Assembly (NCBI GenBank): GCA_951406725.2
Contig: OX597817.1
Span: forward strand, 82,894,001-82,958,000
Length of the DNA: 64,000 nt
Origin: Octopus vulgaris
Taxonomy: Eukaryota
Reading direction: 5' to 3'
Part shown: one piece after another, positions 38,264 through 51,042 of the stretch
How positions within the stretch are numbered: the stretch's first letter is position 1
How the letters are laid out: every line of letters starts with the position of its first letter
Made by a program: the position numbers and the translations under genes
Notes under the pieces: generated by a model
What the model was told of the DNA's origin: nothing
The model's database searches: none
The model's input: the letters and a program-made list of their open reading frames with translations, nothing else

Positions 38264-38321
38264 AAACGATTTCTGTTCAATCTTCGTTCAACTCCATTTC
38301 TTCAATTCACTAATAATATTA

Positions 38322-38356
<35 letters not shown>

Positions 38357-38524
38357 GCGGTGGGCTTTTTTCAGTTTCTGTCTACCAAATCCACTCACAA
38401 GTTTTTGGTTGGCCCAAGGTTATAATAGAAAACATTTTCCCAAGTTGTCACACAGTGGGGGACTGAACCCGGTGCCATGTGGTTGGGAAGCAAGCTTCTT
38501 GCCACACACCCACGCTTACGCCTA
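38357..38524 (-). mobile_element. SINE family A 5' half
   Basis: tttcagtttctgtctaccaaatccactcacaag...gactgaacccgg...ccacacacccacgcttacgcct. Confidence 0.8.
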
Positions 38525-39570
38525 TATGTTGATAATAGCTAATGTTTTCTTGTTTAAGACATTCTAAACTTAAGAATTCTCTCTACAAATATGGAAATTC
38601 TGAAATGTTTATAAAGGAATAAATCAATAGTTGAATTGTGCATGCTTTCGTCAAAAGCACTTGGGGCTTATGGGAATTGAACTTACTATAAACAGGAATA
38701 ATGTAATATTATTAACTTGCCCGTTTGTGCTCATCAAGTATGTTCATGGGCTATACGAAGAGGCTCAATATAAAATGACTTGTTTCGGACACAAACTTAA
38801 AATAAGTTAACTTTGAAAAGATAATGGATGCACTATCACGTTCGTAAAAGCGTGTTATGGGGAATTCGGAGTGTTGACTACACAGTTTGACCACTTTATG
38901 TGTGTTTACTGTAGTCGAAGCTACGTTACGTTTAAGGCAATGAATGGCCAATTTGGTTGTACAGAATGGCTACATCCCACACGATGCTACTTACATTCGC
39001 ATCTTTCTGAGAGAGCTAGTAAGGGCAAAAATGATGTGAATGTATTGCACGATATGTATGCGGATGACTAAAACAGTGACATTTTTTTAAATAATGCATA
39101 GTTTTATATATTTATCACATAAAGTATAATTATGTATATTACATCTTACACGCCTTTCAAAAGTAAGTTATTGATAGAGGTTCGATGAAGTGCAAACTGG
39201 AAGTGAAAACGGGATTCCACAATACATCTATGGAATGGTACTCATCACAATATCAATAAATAAGAATGAAAAATAAAAATAAAAGAGAAAAAAGGACTTA
39301 GTCGAACAAATCGAACCAAGTACATATTTAAAGTTTGGTACATATTTTATCGAGGGCATAAAGAAGCGAATACAGGTTGTAAAGCGATAGTGGACACACA
39401 CGACGGGGATTTGGTCGGCACAGAGACTAGAGTAGAGGACACTCCCTCAAAGTGCCGCGCAGTGGTGGTGAACCCAAGATAACATGTTTGGAAAGCAAGC
39501 TTCTCAGCCCCGTAACGATATCTGCGCTTAAATCGACTTCTATTTCTACTAAAATTTGTGATATTTCCTC

Positions 39571-39959
39571 ATGTTTCGAGTTAGAATCACGCCTAGTTCG
39601 ACGTTGATGTATTTCCTTTACGGCTTGCCTGAACTGGAACCACGCCGGAGTCAATATTGATATTTTGCTGTATTTAGTTCTGTTTCTTCATGTTCCGAGC
39701 TCAACTTAGTCGCATTTTAGTTGAATTGACCTTATGTTCCCATTTCGAATTACGCCTAGGTCGACGTAGATATTTTCATGCATTTACATGTATTATTTTA
39801 TATTCTGAATTCAAATCTGTCCTAGGTGGGCACCATTCTTCTGCTTCATATAACAGTATTCTTTCATGATCTAAGTTCGAATAACGCCGAGATCAGTATC
39901 GAAAGTTTTCCATAGTTTCATTCCTTTATATTCTGAGTTCAAATTCCGCTGTGGTTGAC
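39571..39959 (+). repeat. Degenerate tandem array of seven SINE-B B-box segments
   Basis: Units start at about 39571, 39625, 39690, 39734, 39800, 39866 and 39928. Consensus is roughly ATGTTCYGAGTTCRAATYACGCCKAGGTCGAC. Confidence 0.65.
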
Positions 39960-40083
39960 TTTGCCTTTCATCCTTTCGGGGTGGATAAATCAAGTACCAG
40001 TTGCGTACTGGGGTCGATCTAATCGACTGGCATCCCACCCCAAAAAAACTTTGGGGCTTTGTACCTAGAGTAGAAAAGAATAT
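39928..40083 (+). mobile_element. SINE family B from B box to 3' end (tail type 1)
   Basis: ttctgagttcaaattccgc...gactttgcctttcatcctttcgggg...agagtagaaaagaata. Confidence 0.88.
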
Positions 40084-41753
40084 TTCTCTGGCTTCTTTCG
40101 CTTTTGTCTACCTTCCATCCAATTCTCTAGAAATCTCTGCTTGCCATTTCTTTTATACAAAATACCTAGTTGCGAGTTTCCTTTCACCTTAATGTTTTAC
40201 ATGGCCATTAGATTTACTCTACTATTCTGCTGATAAAATTCATTAAGTAGGTTGCAGTTAAGTGTTTCTTTTATAAACCAAACTCTTATATTTCCTGATT
40301 GAATATTCACTTACTTAACATAGCAGCTTATTGCAATTGCAGGATGTGTTTATTGATAACGCATTGTTTCCGGGACATACAACCATTAAATGTACAATCA
40401 TTTAAAATTTACTCACACTTAGACTGACTAAACGGCAACAGCTATGTGCCTTATCTATTGAAAACTCCACAAACTTTGTAGAGGTTTGGCTTCCATATAT
40501 GTTTCCGCTCGGTAAGCGGAGAATATGGATTTTAATACAATATTCCAAAACAGCAGGGAAACACTACAGATGAGTTTCTATTACACATTGCTTTTGCGAC
40601 CAAGACGTCAACTTCTAAATATAGCAGTTTTAATGATACACCTTTTAACACCAGCATTAATTAATCCGTCAGTGAATCAATACTTATCTCAAGCAAATGG
40701 ATAAGAAAATAGCAGAAGCTGTATATCGTGGAGCTAAATGTCTTAAAATATTTCGTATAGTTTCTCTGCGCCTTAAATTAATTTTCTACTGGTGTCAATG
40801 ATTTGTTCCTATATCATGAGTTGATAAAACTAGTTTCCCGTATTGTTGCTGAAGTCGTCGTTGTCGGCTCTGTTGCTGAGCAAAAACAGGAGATATCAAC
40901 ACAAGTTCGCCCATATCACAAGGCAGGTCGGTATTGACAAATCTGCTAGCCTTGTCTGTCTTGTCTTTCTTTCGGTTAGTGTATTCATTTTTACAACGGA
41001 AAAATATCGAGGAAATTTTAACTGCCATTTCTTTGATAGTCAAACGACTATGTAGAAAATACTACATTAGTTCAAATCGGTTCCTTTAATTTGCAGAGGT
41101 AAATTATATCAACTACTCTTTCTCTCTAAAATAGATTTGTACCTATTAAAATATATAATACAATATTTATCTTCAGTACATTGTCGTTTGATCTAATTTT
41201 CACAACCGCCAGTTGATTATTACATCGCTCATTATGTGATATGTACTGAACTCGATTGCTAAACGAAATGCATTCGCTATATGATACAACTTTTAGTTGA
41301 AAATAGCTCTGAGCCGTAGCTTTGGATAAGTGGGTTGTATATATCTTAAATAATAACTTGTAACAAGCACAGCACAATACTGAAGGCTATAAGCAAATTT
41401 GTGACCATAACCATCGACAAAACTGCAAATTCCAATAATGAATTTTGATATCTGCTCACTTTCCATTTCAGAGGGCAGGTTTACTTAAAATTATATATAA
41501 AATAAATGACGTATTCGGATTTATTTGTTTATTTAATTTTGGTTGTTTTCAATAGATATTTTAATATTAGAGTTCAAAGGTGCACTAGAAGTAGTTGAAA
41601 ATATGCGCCTTTATTATATAGAGCTTATTCCAATTAATTTGAGGAATGTACATGTAAGCATTCTTGAGAAACTGGGAAATAATTGACACCGCAGTATTTA
41701 TATAGTGCACAAAGTGTAAGCGAAACTAATTGGTTATTTACTGTCAGCGATTA

Positions 41754-43969
41754 CACTGGACAACAAAGATTTTGTCTCTGGGGTAAAAACAGGTGTTTTA
41801 GACTAAATCGAGAATGCTGATTCCGATTATAACTATGCTTCCGGCTAGATATAGGCCGTATTATAAAATTTATTAAATGAAAGCTGTCTTAATTGAAAAT
41901 TAAAGAAATAACAGCAATAAAACAAACGATGCGAAAGTTCATTATTCAGTTTAGTAATAGATGGTGCTAACATATTGTTTGCAATGCCATATACGTCAGT
42001 TCTTGTAACTCTCAGTGTCGTTTGCGCTGCCGTCACGTGTGGTATGTGTATCTCTCGCTCTGCGTGATTATTGTTTTAACTGTGTTCATTGTGTTAGATC
42101 ATGAATAGGAGAGGCTGTGTTAATCACCCAGACAACTTTTGTTATGTCTGTGGAAAATTGCCACAAAATTAAAAATTGCCTATAAATGTTATTTCGAGAG
42201 AATTGTTGGGGACCAAGACAAGAGGTGGGCACCTCATATATGCGGCACCGTGTGTTACTCCGGGTCTACACAGTGATTGAATGGAAAGCATAAGGGAATG
42301 CCCTTTGCTGTACCAATAGCATGCCGTGACGACCAATCACGTTTCTGATTGTTACTTTTGTATGACTAATATTAGTGGTCTCTCAAAGAAGACCAAAGCA
42401 AAATTTGTGTATACAGATTGTAAGTCAACTCTAAAACCGGCCCCAGGTTACCTCTTACATGCTTCACTTGAAAATCTTGACACGTCGCACTATGAACCCT
42501 CCTGACTCTTCTATTGACGAAGAGTACGTAGGTGATTCTATGAAAAATGAGTCAGGCTAGTTTAATCAAGAAGATTTGAACTCTTTAGTATGAGGCCTAA
42601 CACTGTCAAAGGAGAGGGCAGAAGTTTTGGGATCCAAACTACAACAACGGAATCTCCTACAGGAAGGTATGAAAATGTACATTTTCCGTTCTCGCCATAA
42701 AGGCTTATCTTTCTTTTTCAAGCAAGACAATAATACTTGTTTCTGTACTGACATTAATGCACTCATACAAAAACTAGGACACGTGCATGTGGTTAACGAA
42801 TGGAGATTGTTTATAGACTCGAGTAAGGTTAGCCTCAAAGCTGCGTTATCACTTAATGGTAATGAAAAAACTTCCATTCCTGTTGGTAATGTCGGTATGG
42901 AGGAAACTTATGAATCGATGGAACTCTTTCTGAAAGGAGTTAATTACTTAGTTCACCAGGTGGAATATCTATGATGATTTAAAGGTGATTTTCCTCCTCC
43001 TAGGACTGCAGCTGGGATATACCAAAAATATGTGCTTCTTGTGTGTTTGGAACAGCCGCGACGACAACAATCATTACACTGTAAAAGACTGGCCTAAAAA
43101 AGATGAGTGCATAGTTGGTCGGTACAGTGTGCAGCATATGCCACTGGTAGACCTGTAAAAGATCTTCCCTCCACCTCTTCACATTAATCTCGGCCCCATG
43201 AAAATGTTCGTTACAACAATGACACACGATGGTTGTGACTTCCAGTACCTAAAAGTAAAATTTGGTGCAGAGAAAAGTGACGCAAAACTGAAAACAGACA
43301 TTTTCATTGAACCCGAGATCAGAGAATTGATATCTGATAGCAGATTCAGAGGTAGACTGAATCCAGTTGAGCTGACGGCATGGAATTCGTTTGTGTTAGT
43401 TGTACAGAACTGTCTTGAAAGTTGAAAACTCTGTTGATTTAATATGTTAACAGTGTGTTAAAGAATAGGATGTCGAATGTCGCTTAAAATGCACGTCTTG
43501 CGTTCTCATCGCGATTTTTTCCAACGAATCTAGGTGCCCTTAGAGAGGAGCATGGTGAGATAGAAACGAGGTATCAAGGCCGGCTCAATCCGCACATGAT
43601 GGGTGACACCTGCTGGTTCCTATAACGGGACACCAGCACGATGCATAAGCGCAAGAGCATCATTTCTGAGCTGAGCATATCAAAAGTAAAGTGAGTATCC
43701 CCTTAATATAAATATACTATGAATCACTATATTATAATACTATTTGCCTTGAACATAAATTTACTATTATAATAAATTTATTATCATAATAATTATTTAC
43801 CTTGAACTTAACTATTCCTGATTCTAATATAGTATTAATATATGATTATGTACATAATTCAAAATCCTGACGTGCTACAGCAATTCTGAGTTCAGATTTG
43901 GAATCGGCGTACTGAATTTAGCACCATCTGTCTGGGTAGCAAACAATAAATCTTTTTTGTTGCCCGGTG
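41754..43969 (+). mobile_element. Chapaev3 (CMC) DNA transposon, full length, decayed
   Basis: TIRs CACTGGACAACAAAGATT and CACCGGGCAACAAAAAAGATT, a 3-bp TTA TSD (41751-53 and 43970-72), subterminal inverted segments and an internal transposase remnant. Confidence 0.85.
42101..43660 (+). pseudogene. Chapaev3-type transposase with many frameshifts and stops
   Basis: Motifs MNRRGCVNHPDNFCYVCG, GDQDKRWAPH, DCYFC, WRLFIDSSKVSLKA, LGLQLGYTK, LPPLHI, MSLKMH and RYQG. Confidence 0.88.
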
Positions 43970-45300
43970 TTATTGCGCATGCTAAGAGCAGTTTTAGTAC
44001 AATTAATATATAATTTCTATCAAATAAAATCATTACTGCGATAATAACATGAGTCGTTATGTTGCTATAAGCTAGATTCAGCATGCAACAGAACATCTGT
44101 CTCTTGAGTAGCTGCAGTATATTGGACAAACCACATTAAAATCTTACAAAATTTCTTGTACTACCCAACGTTTATGAATAGTTTTATAGGCTAATTAAAT
44201 ACTCGTAAAACTGAAGGTAATTCGTCTGCCCAAGTCTGTTGTTATTTGCAATATCTTTCTTTATGAGAGGTATAATAATTTACTCAGAACGATATTTCTC
44301 TTTGTTAGTTGAGAAACTTTGCATTTGTGACATGAATTTGAAGTTTTAAATTTAGCTAGAATAATAAAAGAAAACGGTTGTAGTCTTGAATAAATGCGTT
44401 TGGAACTATCTGAGAGATTAGCACAATTGAATTATATTTATCAGAAGTCAGCCTCCTTGTGTGTAGTAACATCTCTAAACAAAAGTCAAGACACAACCAA
44501 CATCTTCAAGGCATCTGAAAAGTAAATAATTTTGTTCGTCTCGTAAAAAATATTTATATTCTTTACAAAATAAAGCATTGGCAAAATATTTTATCGCCAA
44601 CTGGTGTCTATACATCTTTTTTTATTAAATAAGTTATTTATTACAGTTTTTGTTGCGCCACATTTCTATAGCCAAAGGTCTGTAATTAGTTTACAGAGAG
44701 AAAAAACAAAAAACAAATCTCAGATATTGAATAAGCAGAAAAAATATCCTCTTTGCTTTGTTATTATTGAATAATTCGATTAAAAACGAAACAATTTAGC
44801 TGATACGGTGAAATGAATAGAATTGATCATATTTGCAAAGTTGCAGACAAAATACGAAGGATTTTCATAAAATCCATATTAAACAAAAATGTTTAAAAAG
44901 CTTTGTTTACATTATGTCAAGCTGGAAATCTATTTTCCATATGTGTCTATGAAATGAAAACGCGCGCGAAGTATTAATTTCGTTAGTATTGTGAAAGAAG
45001 TTTGATTTTGAACACACGCGCTATTTATACAGTAATGTAAATTTAGCCTCATAATAACCGATCCGAATTACCGAATGGTTTCGTGTTAATGAAGTTTCCA
45101 TGAGTGGAAAAGTAAATTAACAGTCATCGCATATGACTGATGATTGTAAATATACCTTTCTAAATTTGGAATGTTCATTTTCACAAAAATATTCTGCAAT
45201 ATGAAGTGGCTGTTATGAGATAAAGTTTATAATTCTATATACACACTCTATCACTCACTAGAATGCCTGTTATTTTCTGACTTATGAAATTTATTGGCGA

Positions 45301-45304
<4 letters not shown>

Positions 45305-45373
<69 letters not shown>
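45305..45373. repeat. (TA)n microsatellite
   Basis: Pure TA run. Confidence 0.95.
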
Positions 45374-45375
<2 letters not shown>

Positions 45376-45702
45376 CACGACGAACGACCTTTCATCAGTT
45401 GTCGGCTATCTATTTACTCCTCATTTCGAGCATTCAATGACAATATGAGTCTTCCAAGACAGTTGCTCCCATAAATACCATGATATAATTTTGGATTTAT
45501 GGAGGGCCAACGTTGGAATAAAAACAGGACAGTGGAGACATACAAGGAAACAAAAATAGAGGGCCATTAGACCAGATCGAGAGGAAAATAGTGAACGTTG
45601 TAGTAGGGGAAATAGGTTTAAGCTGATAAGAGTAATTAACACCCGTTTTTGTTGTCATTCATTAGTTTGATACACCCACACACACAACAACAATAATAAT
45701 AA

Positions 45703-46633
45703 GTAGCGGGACCCGTGAATATTTCACGGAATTAATAGCAAACCTATAGGGTTATTTCTGAAAACTTTATCCCAAAAACATGAAAGCGTAGACTGTGTTG
45801 TGTCTGTATGGAACGATAGTCGCTCCTCTGCTATTCATTGAAAAATGAAATGAATTGGAAAGCGATGATTTCTTAATGCACTTTATATATACATTTTATA
45901 TACTTTACGCACAGTTTTATAGACTACAAAAAGTAAGTATTCCCTATTATTTTTCTATATTCCTCATAAAAAGAAAAACTCCTGTACATATCATACAACC
46001 TTAAGTTAAATTGCATATATCTGCCCCTTGAATATTTCACGGAATTGCACTTATGCACATGAGTTATAGGTGATAGGTGATATAAAAGAACTTCTATACA
46101 TTTTTCAGTATCCAATCACCACCGCCACCAAAACCAACAACCACATCATCATCTCCCTCTATCCCTCTCTTTCCTATCTTTCTCTCTCTTATCTTTCTCT
46201 TTCTCCTCTCTGTCCTGTCTATCTCTCTGCCTTTCTTTAGCCCCACCATTAGAACATCAGCTCTTGGCTAAAATTATTACGAACATTCTACCTCACGTCA
46301 TAGACGCTTCTCTCTCTCTTTTCTCTCTCCGTCTTTCTCTCTGTCTATCTTTTACTTTCTGTTTCTGCCTCTCTGTTTTTTCACTGTCTCTCTCTTTATG
46401 TCTCACTCTTCGCTTTATCTTCTTTTTGTCTCTCCTTTTTCTTTCTCCTCTCTTTTCCTTCAATTAATCACGTGAAGGCGCTACAATGACATGCTCTCTA
46501 CCTCATGTCATGGACACTTCTCTCTCCCTCTTTTTCTCCCTCCCACTTCCTCTCTCTCCCTCTTTTCCTATAATCTTGTGAAAGCGTTACCGATGTGTTA
46601 GGCAACGCAATGTCTAGCAGAATTATTATAAGA
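45703..46633 (-). mobile_element. Non-autonomous Helitron-like element
   Basis: The minus-strand 5' end is A|TCTTATAATAA at 46633. The 3' hairpin CCGTGAA-3nt-TTCACGG (45713-45729) is followed by gtcccgCTAC (a CTAG variant). The interior is CT-rich. Confidence 0.65.
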
Positions 46634-46649
46634 TAATGATAATAATAAA

Positions 46650-47026
46650 CATTTCTACTATAGGGACAACGCCTGAAATTTTTGAGGAAGGGACCAATCG
46701 ACTTGATCGATTCCAGTACGCAACTGGTACTTAATTCATCGACCCCGAAAGAAGGAAAGTCGACCTCGGCAGAATTTGAACTCAGAACGTAGCGACGGGC
46801 GATATACCTATTTCTTTACTACCCACAAGGGGCTAAACACGGAGAGGACAAACAAGGACAGACAAACGGATTAAGCCGATTATATCGACCCCAGTGCGTA
46901 ACTGGTACTTAATTTATTGACCCCGAAAGTCGACCTCGGCGGAATTTGAACTCAGAACGTAACGGCAGACGAAATACGGCTACGCATTTCGCCCGGCATG
47001 CTAACGATTCTGCCAGCTCACCGCGT
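46650..47026 (-). mobile_element. Two nested or fused SINE family B copies
   Basis: A headless copy with tail type 1 (46650-46807) directly abuts a complete copy with tail type 2 (46808-47026). Confidence 0.85.
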
Positions 47027-47054
47027 AATAATAACAAAAAAAAAAAAAAAAAAA

Positions 47055-47056
<2 letters not shown>

Positions 47057-47120
<64 letters not shown>
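47057..47120. repeat. (ATA)n microsatellite
   Basis: Trinucleotide run. A second run lies at 47330-47398. Confidence 0.95.
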
Positions 47121-47327
47121 CATTTCTACTAAAGACACAAGGCCTGGAATTTTGGCGAGGAGGTCGATTACATTAATTTCAGTACTCAACTAGTACTTAA
47201 TTTATAGGCTCGGAAAGTATGAAAGGCAAAGTCGACCTAGTCAGAATTTGAACTCAGAATGTAGCGACGGGAGAAATACCGCTAATCATTTTGCCCCGCG
47301 TGTTAATGATTCTGCCAGCTCGCCACC

Positions 47328-47329
<2 letters not shown>
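47121..47329 (-). mobile_element. SINE family B, full length (tail type 1)
   Basis: tttctactaaagacacaaggcctgg...gaaaggcaaagtcgacc...ctgccagctcgccacctt, flanked by (ATA)n. Confidence 0.88.
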
Positions 47330-47398
<69 letters not shown>

Positions 47399-48465
47399 CT
47401 CTAATTTATTATAATTAAGATATGTTTGGAAAAACTTTCTTTGTAATGGCTTTAACTATTAAAATCTAATATACAATGTTGGAATAATGTTTCTATACTG
47501 CAGGCATTTAACGATATAAATCATACTTTAAAAGTTAAAAATAATAATTTACATAGACATATCTTTTAATGTCAGATTAATTTCAGTTAGGATATCGTTC
47601 CATACAGTCAGCAGGAAATATCAACTTTGAATTCTTTCATGGGCAAGAAATTTACTTTGAAGGAAAAAGTAATATAAAATCAGTTTTTGTTTTAGGATTA
47701 ATACTTACCCACCAGTTATAGTTAGAAATAAACTGCGTTTCATAGTTTTGAAGATCTTTTGTCAACATACTGATATAAACTTATTTTAAAATATGTTTTC
47801 ATAAGTTATTTTTAAAAGCTTTCAGGGGGCATTTTTACTAAACATTTAATCTTCTAAATCTACAATCTTTGAATTATGAACAGGTATTGTAGAAGAAGCA
47901 TAGCTTAAATGAAATTCATATAAAATAAATAGATAAATTTCCATATATGAGTAACGGTAAGTGGTTAAAACAACAACGTGCAAAGATGAGCGAATGTGCT
48001 AAAAATACGCAGTGATATATATATATATATGCACAAACGTCCGCGTCCATATAAATGCTCATATATATGTGTGTGTGCGTGTGTGTGTTAGAAAAACTGA
48101 CGCATGGCTTTGGAAATGAAAGCTATATGCCCTACGAACAGAATGCCAGAGCATAGTAATAAAAGGTCCGGGTGCTGTCATAGTTTAGGGTTGAAGAACC
48201 TATAGATTTTCAATATCTTGCCAAGAGGCATCACATATCTATTTTGTATAGATCTAGTTGCATTCAAAACCAGAGAAATTTCTATTTGAGATGTCAGCTG
48301 AACCCATATCAGATTAAGAAAATATAAATACTGCTCGCTCTGTTCTGATCACTGATTTGCCAGAAAGAAACACAAAAGGAATTCTATGGGGACTATAAAA
48401 GTGGAATGAAATAAAGTAGCAATTACGTGACTTGCGGTGCCCAAGTATATATAAGTAAAAAACAA

Positions 48466-49158
<693 letters not shown>

Positions 49159-49677
49159 AATAGCTGTAACAATATCTGTTTATCCATACCTATACCCCTG
49201 TGTCTGTCTATCTATATATGATCTTTCTGTATATATATGCATGTGTGTGTGAGTGTGTGTGTGGTGTGTGTGCGTGTATGCATGTATATATTTATATGTT
49301 TACGTATATTTATATATAATTATATCTATTACTATAAGTATTTATCCCTCTCCATGTATATACATATATATCAATTGAAAGCTGATCTAACCTGCAGATA
49401 TGTGAGCATTTATATTATGTATACGTAGTTCTTCATGGCATGGCACCTTGTTTTTCTATTTCATTTTACAATTATTTATATTTAGTTAAGTTAAAAAGCA
49501 TGACCTACTTGGTTTCCAAGTGTGACAAATTGTTGGAGCACATATGCGTGGATCTTCCATCACTAATATTAGTGAATTATATTATGTTTTGAAAGGCCCG
49601 GTCTCTTAACCCATGCCATTCCAAAATGATGGTACATTCAGCAGAAAACAAAGCCCAGAGGGAGAGAGAGAGAGAGA

Positions 49678-49714
<37 letters not shown>

Positions 49715-50481
49715 GGATTATATTTTGTTTAGAAATCATCGATCTATGATGGTTAAGAAACCAGCAGAGCTACATCACTACCTTTTAGTGATGAAAGCTC
49801 CAACCATCTGCGCTCCAACAATCTATCCTACTCGGAAATCGGGTGGGTCACGCATTTTTACTTCTTAACATATAAATTACTGCCAAAAGCAAACAAACAT
49901 AAAAAACACAAGGTCATGTCGTGAAAAATTTGGTATGTATAATATACATGTACGCGTGTATGCAGATTACATCATTCTAGAATTTATCAAATTCCCAATA
50001 AAAAAAGTTAAATAATAGTTGTATTTTAATTAATTTGTATTTTCCTGCACGCACACACACATACACTCATATACACATACACACACACATATTAATAACC
50101 ATACAGCTTGCTTTCCAAAGTGCCTCTTCGTGTATCGGCTACCAGATGCCATTAAACAGTTGAACTTGTCCTTTTACTTGATATATGTGTGGAAGTCTGC
50201 GGACATCCGACGATGGCACTTTATTTAGTTATTGATGTATTTATTGAAAGTTTCTCTTATTATCATTATTAGTATGTTTATATTGTAGTTTATCTAAATT
50301 ATGTAATTTCCTAATAATTTGCATGTGCATAAAGTTATTTGGTTAAAAGTGAAACTAATATATGATGCTATATTTACTATAGATAATGATATATTATCTA
50401 TTGTAAATATAGCATCCTATAGCATCATGGTGTAGGTATAAAACAACGAGAAAATAAAGGTGATATAGCAATGCTTTAAAC

Positions 50482-50700
50482 CAGTGGTTTTCAACCAGGG
50501 TTCCGCGGAACCTTAGGGTTCCGCCAGTACAGTCCAGGGGCTCCGCAAGAAGTTACAAAACTGCTAAAATCGACAGTAATTTTTAATTCTCCTGTGCAGA
50601 TATGTGTGCATAAGACTATCAAATTATTGCACAGAGGTTCCTCGAGACAGTTGAATGTTTCCTTGGGATTCCGCTCCAGCAAAAATGTTGAAAAGCACTA
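50482..50700. mobile_element. hAT-Charlie-like MITE
   Basis: TIRs CAGTGGTTTTCAAC and GTTGAAAAGCACTA, a perfect 8-bp TSD CTTTAAAC (50474-81 and 50701-08), and repeated GGGTTCCGC subterminal motifs. Confidence 0.92.
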
Positions 50701-50957
50701 CTTTAAACCCTATTAATATGAAGTATATAACGATTGTTGAAGCGTATTAATGCAACCAAAGCTGCACATAGATAGAATCATTGCATTTATTGTACAACAT
50801 TCACATTCAACAGACTCTCTTTCTACGCGAGTTGCAGGTTCCAAGGAAGGTGAATGATAAACAAATAACAGATGGATTGTGTTTTTGGTCTGTAGAGTCA
50901 AAAATGGCATTTTTACGTTGGAACTCGAATGTTTAAAATGTTTAATTTTTACATGTA

Positions 50958-51042
50958 TTCACCTGATGAAAACAGTTTTTCTGCGTGATGTAAAAACTCT
51001 ATTCATCAATAAAAAAAGCACGTCTGAAACAACTGTAGTGAA
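50958..51042 (+). ncRNA. Type I hammerhead motif, partly decayed
   Basis: Reads ttcac CTGATGA aaac...gtct GAAA caactg TA gtgaa. Helix I is a perfect 5 bp with a GUA triplet. Helix II has one mismatch, and helix III is one change from the palindrome cagctg. Confidence 0.6.

Larger units (their letters stand above)
35568..38321 (-). mobile_element. Penelope-like element (Naiad-type), 5'-truncated, with inverted pseudo-LTRs
   Basis: ~427-bp inverted repeats (35568-35994 and 37895-38321, about 5-6 differences), each holding a hammerhead, enclose RT-thumb and GIY-YIG ORFs. Confidence 0.88.

Noticed and set aside
39571-39959. CRISPR-like repeat-spacer appearance
   Set aside because: The repeats are highly degenerate and match a SINE B-box segment, the context is eukaryotic, and there are no cas genes.
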